A stretch of DNA of 63,855 nt, filler included. It is 14 parts of 14 records of this genome, joined end to end, with 100 filler letters (N's around TTAATTAATTAA, not from the genome) between each part and the next. Parts side by side here need not be neighbours in the genome. Positions count along the whole stretch, not along the records: positions 56,267 to 63,855 come from SRR7504441_16846; 13 more parts are not named here. One strand, given 5' to 3'. How positions within the stretch are numbered: position 1 is the first letter of the stretch; every line of letters begins with the position of its first letter. The notes below the pieces were generated by a model. The model was not told the DNA's origin and did no database searches. It saw nothing but the letters and a program-made list of their open reading frames with translations. The translations under genes were made by a program, and so were the position numbers. This document shows positions 56,267-63,855 of this stretch, piece by piece.

Positions 56267-57646
56267 AACGTCTCCCCGGTAGGCTGGGCTGGCCCGGGCC
56301 CGGCCGGAACGGTGTGCAGTCGTTCGCCGTCGAGCTGCTCAACCGGATCTGCTCTGTGATTAAGGACTACTGCGGGGTGCTGAACGAGGAGGCCATCCGC
56401 AAGAACTTCATCCTGATCATCGAGCTGCTCGGCGAGATCATCGTGCGCGCCCCCCGCCGCCCCGCTCACCCGCCGGGGGCAGGACTTTGGGTATGTACAG
56501 GGCTCGTCGACAGAGCTGCTCAAGACGTACGTATTCTCTGAGCCGATGCTGGTCGAGCAGCCGAGTAGCTCGCGGTTCAAGCTGCCAACCACCGACAACA
56601 AGACCATTTCGTCCTCAGCAGTGCAGGTTCCGATCGGGACCGAGCGGAAGAACAAGAAGAACGAGATCTTTGTCGACATCATCGAGGAGTTGAATGTGAC
56701 GTTCCAGTCAAACGGGATGGTCGCGAACATGGAGATCGACGGCCGGATCCAGATGAAGTCCTACCTGCAGGGCAACCCCGATTTAGTGGTCGGGCTCAAC
56801 CAGGACTTGGCCATCGGGAAGGCCGGCAACAGTGCGCGCGCTGGCGACTGAGCGCGACTCACTCGGGGGCAGTCTATGGCTCCGTGGTGATGGACGACTG
56901 CAACTTCCACGAGTGTGTTAACCTCTCCGAGTTCGAGGTGCGCTCCGCCGCGAGCCGCACGATGAGCGTGCCGGCAGTACGATCGGGTGCTTCAGTTCCA
57001 CCCTCCAGACGGTGAGTTCGTGGTGATGAATTATCGGATCACGAAAGAGATCGTGCCTCCATTCCGAATCCAGCCGTTCATGGAAGACGGCGGGCCGGGA
57101 AGAGTCGACCTGATCATCAAGATCCGGTGCGAGCTGCCCGACAGCAACTATGCCGGGAATGTAGTGATCAAGTGCCCGATGCCCAAGTCTATCCTGGGTG
57201 TGACTTGTGACCTGGGCGGCGGAGTCACGGGCCAGCAAACAGACTACTCGCAGAGCACTAAGGTGGCTGGCCGGCCTGTGCAGGCTCACCTGTGCCGGCA
57301 GTTGCTCACATGGAACATCAAACGGTTTGAAGGCGGGCAGGAGCAGTTCCTGAGAGCCCATGTGCCTGCCATCGGGGGCTGGCCCTGAACACGGGCCAGA
57401 TGTCGCTCCCGTCGCACGCCAAGGAATCGCCGGAGAAGACCAGGAAGGAGATGGGGCCGATCACGATGGCGTTTGAGGTGCCGATGTTCAACGCTTCGGG
57501 GCTCAACATTCGGTTCCTGAAGGTGAGCGCGGTGTGGCCTGCCGTTGACTGGTGGTGTATAGATCACAGAGCGGGATTCGTCATATAATCCGCACAGATG
57601 GGTGCGGTACGTGACGCGGTCCTCCTCGTATGTCTGCCGGTTGTGA
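56267..57646 (+). CDS. AP4M1: AP-4 adaptor complex mu subunit, 3' part
   Basis: NVSP|SFAVELL..IKDYCGVLNEEAIRKNF, NEIFVDIIE, IQMKSYL, DDCNFHECV, PPDGEFVVMNYR, PHRWVRYVTRSSSYVCRL*; seven GT-AG introns of 38-41 nt. Confidence 0.93.
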
Positions 57647-57942
57647 GCTACGTACCGATCCTCCGGAAAGTGACTTCAGTCGATTATTAGATAGTAATTA
57701 ATAACATTAAAGCTTCTAAGACTGAGGTCTCTTGTAAGCTAACAAGCTATTAGTCTGTCGAAAGGTACTACCGAGGGACGGGTAGTTGTTGACTAGTAGT
57801 TGATTAGCTTTTCACGTCCAGACCCGTGCATGATTCTGCATGTTTTGGCGCGTCATGATACATAATAACTTAATATTCACCTGTGGGCACTATAGCTATA
57901 TCTAACGACGCTACAGCTCTATGCTAGCTCTATACTGATAAT

Positions 57943-59310
57943 CTAGAGCTCCATAATGTCATGGTCCGAGTCCTCAATCTCAAACTTGGGCTCCTTCGCA
58001 ACTAGTTCCCTCTCATCCCGTGAGCCTGACTCCTTGGGAGTCGACAACTCGAGTGTCTGCACCTCGGTCATCGCTTCCACCGGCGACGGGCCGACGCTAG
58101 CCACCCACACGTGGAGCAGCACCGCCATGTTGGCCATGCAGCCAGCAGCCACCCACAGCTGGCTTTCTAGCTGATCTTGGCTTGAGGACAGGCAGACTGC
58201 GGCTGCCACCAGCCCTAGCGCGCCCCACACCACCAGGCCATCAACCAGCCGGCGCAGAGAGCAATGCTGCCACCCTCCGCAGCAGCAGCTGAGCTGGATC
58301 GCACGGACAGCACATCCCGCCAGCGCAGACAGTACGAGCACTCTCATAGCCGTAAGATACGCCTGACTGGCCGGTTGATACAGCGCGGTGAGCTGGGCGT
58401 AGCTGGCATATAACATGACCAGTGCGGCGACGCTCCCGGTGAGCACGCCTTCGCATACAGTGGGGCCCGCTCGATCCTGGTGCAGGTTGAGCGTGCCAAC
58501 GGATGATAGCAATCCCACGAGTATCGCACGCTTGAGCCCAGCCAGCAGGCAGGAGCCTACCGGCCCGCCCATCGCTTCCAACGGCAGGTCGTGCAGCAGC
58601 AACAGCAGCAGCAGCAGCCAGCTTGAGCCGGGCGCCCTGAGCGCGCCGGCCAGCAACCCCATGCTAACGCACACCCCCGTCCAGCCCACCCCCCACCAGA
58701 CTGCCCAATCCGTTGATCCACCGTTCCGATACCTAAAGCACAGCTGCCCCCCGGCCAGTGCCTCCCAGTCGCCAGATATCGATAGCGCCAGCCGGTACTG
58801 GCCCGGGCCGGCGGCCGCAGTCCCGATCAGCTCTATCGGCTCGCACCGCATCTTGCTGTCGCAGCTGAGGACAGCCTTGACTTGCCGGCGGTCGGAACTC
58901 TGGCGGTTGGGCTCTGGGCACGGCTCGCCGGCGGTGGGCAGCAGCAGGGCCGGTGGGTAACGGCAAAGCTGAGCCTCCATCTCTACTCGGGCCGACAAGT
59001 GGGCGGGGCCTGCGTTGGCGAAGCTAACCGAGCAATCCAGCCGTTGGAGCTCTTGGGAGAGCTCGATCGCGCTCACCATCAGCGCCGTGACCACCGGCCC
59101 CCGCGGCAGCCGGAACGGCTCCGGGTGGCAGCTCGTGCTCCGACCGGCCGGCAGAGTGGCCAGCCCGGCCGACAGCCCAGCCGCCGCCCCAGCAACCACC
59201 AGCGCGTAGACCAGTCCGGTGCACCGGGGCCCGCTGGCCCAGCTCGCCGGCCGATGGTCCGCCCCGGGCCCGGAGCCCGGCTCCCGCCCTCCCACCACCG
59301 CGTACTGCAT
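57943..59310 (-). CDS. Multi-pass membrane protein, possibly TMEM181/Wntless-like
   Basis: One N-terminal TM, a luminal beta-rich domain, then about 7 TMs; FRYRNGG..WAVWW and WLLLLLLLLHDLP recall TMEM181 segments. Confidence 0.45.
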   Translation of the reverse strand: MQYAVVGGREPGSGPGADHRPASWASGPRCTGLVYALVVAGAAAGLSAGLATLPAGRSTSCHPEPFRLPRGPVVTALMVSAIELSQELQRLDCSVSFANAGPAHLSARVEMEAQLCRYPPALLLPTAGEPCPEPNRQSSDRRQVKAVLSCDSKMRCEPIELIGTAAAGPGQYRLALSISGDWEALAGGQLCFRYRNGGSTDWAVWWGVGWTGVCVSMGLLAGALRAPGSSWLLLLLLLLHDLPLEAMGGPVGSCLLAGLKRAILVGLLSSVGTLNLHQDRAGPTVCEGVLTGSVAALVMLYASYAQLTALYQPASQAYLTAMRVLVLSALAGCAVRAIQLSCCCGGWQHCSLRRLVDGLVVWGALGLVAAAVCLSSSQDQLESQLWVAAGCMANMAVLLHVWVASVGPSPVEAMTEVQTLELSTPKESGSRDERELVAKEPKFEIEDSDHDIMEL

Positions 59311-59421
59311 CGATCGACGGAGCACGTGCTTAACTACCAGAAAGCCTAATTGTAAAAGTTGACTCGGATATGGGCGCAGCGGTGGAGCGTAGCTTCACCT
59401 GCCGGTCGGCGTCCGAGCCGG

Positions 59422-60965
59422 ATGTGGCGGGCGGGCCGTCCGAGCAGCCCGCCCGCCGGTCTGCGCCCTCCTCCAGCGGAATGGCCCCTGACGGCACCTG
59501 TGGCCGCCGGCCGTGCGGCGAGCGGCGGGGGCAGCAATCACTGTGACCCGGGCACAGGAACTCGGGTCACAGGGGGCGCGGGAGGCCCCGGACGGGACAG
59601 CGGCTTACGTGCATGTCTCCACAGTCTGTCCGGAGTACTATATGAGCCAGTACGGAACCGCGGCTGGTATGAACATGGACCGTGCGCCTCCCAGGCCGGC
59701 TGCGCGGGCCAGCGGCCGGCAGGCGGGGGGTTTGGGCAGTCGGCAGCCAGCGGTAAGAACTACGCGGCTATATTCGACGGGGTGAGCGTGGGCGGGGCGC
59801 CGAACGTGCACGCAGCCCAGCACTTTTCGCACTATGTGTTGGATTGGATGAGCCAGCACGAGCTAGCAGCTCTCGAGCAGCCTGGCGTGCCACGCTGGCT
59901 GCTCGACCAGGCCTGCCACTGCCCCAGCTCCCAGGGTCGGCCCGCTATCTGGCCCGAGCCCTCACCGGTGGGCAGTCTCGCGTGCGAGTGCCGAGGGCGG
60001 GAGTGCGGTTGGGGCCGTGGTCTGGTTCGGTGAGACTCGAGGGGGCAAGGCAGCGCTGCACGGGGCAGCGGTCGGGGACGCGGCGGTCCAGTCAGGCCGG
60101 GGCCCGGTGTAACCCTGCTGGCAGGTCCTTTGGCTCAACCTGCAGACTGGGCGGGCGGTGCAGTTAAATCGAGTCGAGAGGGCGACGGAGAACGCGGCAG
60201 ACTCGGGCGGGCAGCTGGCGATAGGTATGGGAGTGCTGGGCGAGGTGCAGTGCTTCACGCAGATGATGGACCCATTTAACAGCCTGATCGTGCTCGCGAG
60301 CGACGGACTGACCGACAACATATCATCGGTCAACATGGTCCCTAGCATACTAGCCACGTGAGCAGCCCGTCCGGCCGATCCAGCAGCCGGGGGGCAGCCC
60401 CTTCTTCGATAACTGTCCGCTTCCTGCCTGGCATGAACGGCATCTGCCATCGCCAGAAGAGATGTACCGGTGCCAGCCCATAGCGGGCCTAGTAGCAAGC
60501 ATTGCTCCGGCAGCGCTGTGCACTGCTCAGCCGGCCAGTCCTTGCAGCAGCTCGTACCCAGGTTGGCTAACCCGCCCGCCCGGCTGAGCCGGCCGCAGCG
60601 TGGCGGCGAGGCGGCTGGCCAACTATGTGGAGTGGGTGACGCACAACCGACACATGCACGAGCTGAGTTATTACCAGCTCGAACTCAGATACCAGCAGCT
60701 GATGCGCCGGCGAGATCAGGAGCAACAAGAAGGTGTCATGAGCCAGCCGGAGCTGCCTGCCGACCTGCCTCCGATCCCGGCCTCGCACCCGACTCAGCCG
60801 GACAGCACACAGGCCGAGTTGGCCAGCCTGGATAGCGAGATGCAGCGGCTCCGTAAGCGGAAGGGCGAGCATCGTGTGAGCGGAAAGACCGACGACGCGA
60901 TGATCATCACCATGTTCCCGTATAACAGCGTGCACCCACTCCAAAGCCGGACAATCAAACGCTAG
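59422..60965 (+). CDS. PP2C/PPM-family (PTC7-like) phosphatase, multi-intron
   Basis: AAIFDGVS.GG, GDA, LIVLASDGLTDNI, GKTDDAMII; exon structure only partly resolved. Confidence 0.7.
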
Positions 60966-61029
60966 CATGTAGTAGACCTAAATAATACTTGTTTATGGCG
61001 ACGCCCCCGCGCCAAGACTGCTAGCACCC

Positions 61030-61548
61030 CTAAGTCTCCTCCTCCGCGGCCGGCGGCTCGATCTGATGGGCCTCGCCCACCTCAGACCCGCCTGCGTCCT
61101 GGTAGTCGAGTCCGGACACCACCTGGCCCGGCTGGCCGCCCGTCCAACGGAAAGGCACCGCGTCGATGATCTCGATCATCTTCTCCTGCTCCATTCCCAT
61201 GGACTTGAAGTCGCTCAGCGTGTCCGCGCAGAGGCCCTCAAAGTCAATCGCCCCAGTCCCAGACACGTCGCTCTCTGGGCCCGGGCCAGTCAGCTGCGCC
61301 CGGGCGGTCCGGGCCACCCGCGAAGTCGTGCTCGAGCCCTTGCGCCATCTCGCTATCCCACACCCCCCCGAGCAGAGTGCAGATCCTCTTGCTCAGCTCA
61401 ATGTACTCGATGAGCGTCACCCGCCCGTCCCCATCTGCCCGCGGGCTGGCCGCCGGGCTGGCCGGGCCGCACCTTTGTCAAAGTGCTCGAACAGCCGCCG
61501 GATGTGCCCCCTCGTCTCCTCCGTGTCGAGCTCCTCGACCACCGGCAT
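61030..61548 (-). CDS. Small EF-hand protein
   Basis: LFEHFDK|DGDGRVTLIEY and FA|ESDVSGTGAIDFEGL after removing two short GT-AG introns. Confidence 0.75.
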
Positions 61549-61638
61549 TTTGCCCGACCACGAATAACGGATTCATCAGCCCGCCACTCAGCCCACTGCC
61601 CCACTCTCCCGGCGGTGCCGGGACCGGCGGCCGGCGGG

Positions 61639-63597
61639 ATGGAGGCCACCCCGCTGAGCGACACGCGCAAGATGAGCCGGAAGGAGTCGGTCCAGGACGT
61701 GCACCAGCGCATCGCCGGGCAGAGCGCCGAGCTTGGGCCGGTCGCCCGCGGCCGGTCGCAGGCCGTGCCGTACGCTGCGATGCTGCGGACCGGCGACTCT
61801 GTCCAGAGCTCCGGACGGAAGAAGGAGAACGTGTACAAAGGTGGGCCGCGGCCGGGCAGCGGCCGCAGCGCGGGCAGGGCATCTGGACATGGTTCTGAAG
61901 GAGAACAAGAAGATGAAAGGCCGGCTGGAGGCGCTGGACAAGGAGAACCAGGACCTCAAGAGGGCGGTGTACGAGCTCTCACAGATGCTCGGGCGGCGGG
62001 TGCCTGCCTGCCGCCTGCTGGCGACACAGCAGGGCGCAGGGCCACCTGGCGGGCGTGTTCGATGTAGAGAAAATGCTCCGGGGCGGTGACACCGGCGGGG
62101 AGCAGTTGAAGCGGCCGGCGGGGCACGCTATCGACGGGTACGAAGCGCTCGACGCCTCGCGGCAGAACGACAGCCACCGGAACAAGGCAGCCCGCCGGGT
62201 GTCGCGCTGGTGACTGTCGCCTGGCAGAACGGGCCGCGGTTCTTCCACTACAAATACGCACTCCAGATGCACGAGGCAGCCGTGTACGACGTGGCTTACT
62301 CGCCCAACGGGCAGATGCTCGCCTCCGGCTCGTTCGATAAGACGGTACCGGGCCACCAGGTGGCGTGCTGAGCCCTGCGAAGGTGAAGATCTGGCATATG
62401 GAGGAATCGTCGATGAAGCAGCAGGCGCTGTCGCTCGCAGAGCACACCAGCGTGGTGCCTGCAGCGGCTGTGCCAGCCGGCCGAGCGTGCCCAGGTGTCG
62501 AGTGTCAGTTGGGCAGCGCACAGTTCAGGGCTAGTCTCTGGGAGCTTTGACCACAGCCTTAAGTTTTGGGACGTCGCGACTGGTGTGTCGAGCAGCTCGC
62601 ATAACACTGAAGGCTACATCCTGTCTGTCGCTGTCGACCCGTCGGACGACAACATGCTCTACGCGAGCACCTCCAACGGCTGCTCATGCGTGTTTGACCG
62701 CAGGTCTCCCCAGCCCTTGCGCAGCTGAGCCTGGTGCAGGCAGCCCGAGCTGGTGGCGCAACTAGACGCGGCCGCCAACTGCCACGCGAACAGCATATAT
62801 GTGTTCAAGACCGGCGGTCGGCCCGGCTGGCCGGGGTGCGGCTGAGATTCCGGCAGGCGGGATTCTGGTGGGCGACTCTGCTGGAATGGTCACCACGTGG
62901 GACGTGCGCAGGCACACGGCAATCCACCAATTCCGAGCGTCTAACCTGGCGGTCTCGCACGTGCACTGCTCGCACCCGTCGCCGGGCGATTTGGAAGGCC
63001 GGTTCATATCGGTGAACAGCTATGACGAGGTGCTCCGCGTGTACCGGCGCGCAATGCCGAGTCACAACGATTCTGTCAAGGCTCACGTGCCACAATGCGA
63101 CCTGGTGCTTGTGCTCTAGTACCCCTGGACCGGTCCCGGCAGGTGCACTCTGTAGAGGGACACGCTGTGCGAGGCTATCCTGTCAAGTCAGCTTTCTTTG
63201 AGGGCTCAGAGTATCAGATAGGTGCGGCGTGTGGCTGGGGCCCGGCCAGCGGGCTACAGGCTCAACCTGGAGTATGCAACGGTCCGACGGTGAGCTGCTA
63301 GACGACGGCGAGCTGCATTCGCCCATCCACGAGCCGGGAGCAAGTGGGCGGGCAGCTGATATATCAGAGTCGCTCGTTCTTGCCACAGGCAGTGCGGAGC
63401 CTAGCGGGGGAATATACTTGTTCGACATTGGAGGCCCGACGGGTACAGCCGAGTTGATTCAGAAGCTGGAGGGCCACTCAGACAGGGTGTGTGGGGTGTC
63501 TTTCCATCCAAAGCACCCGATTCTGGCCTCGTGCTCGGCGGACAAGACGGTTCGTATTTGGACGCCCACCTCAAACTTCTCAACCGTAACTGAGTAG
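61639..63597 (+). CDS. WD40-repeat protein with N-terminal coiled coil
   Basis: AYSPNGQMLASGSFDKT|VKIW, SGSFDHSLKFWD, LEGHSDRVCGVSFHPKHPILASCSADKTVRIW; about nine introns of 36-41 nt. Confidence 0.88.
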
Positions 63598-63855
63598 ATG
63601 ACGCGAATATAAGCTTAATTTGGCCACACGCAATCATTATAAGACTTCAAGTTACATTATACTATACCGTCCCCATTGTACTAGCACACCATCAAGTGCA
63701 CATGATTGTGGCCGGTGGTACAGTACGTACAGTACTCGTAAGGTGGTTTTTATTTTCGTGTTTGCAATCCGGGGCTTGATTCCAGTATAGGGTGGCTTTA
63801 GTCCTCGCCTGCTTATTTCTTACATGTTGTCTCTATCAACGTCCTGGAAGATCCC

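Noticed and set aside
62814-62856. Additional GC-AG intron in the WD40 gene
   Set aside because: A GT donor 3 nt downstream gives an equally in-frame 40-nt intron.
4442-63597. Alternative genetic code or programmed frameshifting to explain broken ORFs
   Set aside because: The breaks in conserved genes are resolved by removing short GT/GC-AG introns, and TAA, TAG and TGA all serve as terminal stops.

Overview
This window is not a continuous chromosome segment. It is 14 short contigs joined by an artificial 100-nt spacer (N44-TTAATTAATTAA-N44). The DNA is nuclear sequence of a gene-dense, probably heterotrophic, flagellated microbial eukaryote: it carries IFT81, MCM2, PWP2, DHX35 and AP-4 mu, and I saw no clear plastid-targeted proteins. 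The fragmented ORF track is mostly explained by about 80-90 tiny spliceosomal introns that I resolved by hand against known protein families. Almost all are 36-47 nt, have degenerate donors (at least 10 are GC-AG), lack a polypyrimidine tract and end in a G-rich ...GGCAG. Most genes sit in head-to-head pairs with only 70-180 bp between start codons. CpG-rich 5' ends contrast with CpG-depleted interiors of some long genes. The most unusual proteins are: (1) a ubiquitin-conjugating (E2) fold with an F-box-like motif and a complete ubiquitin-like domain apparently nested inside it; (2) an intronless adenylosuccinate-lyase/PcaB-family enzyme with a signal peptide and six N-glycosylation sequons, back-to-back with a DUF4326 gene; (3) an AP2-like/ankyrin protein; (4) a bacterial-type C5 DNA methyltransferase; (5) an M23 peptidase. 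A few strand-switch or deletion junctions look like amplification or assembly chimeras. All family assignments come from motif recognition by eye, not database searches.
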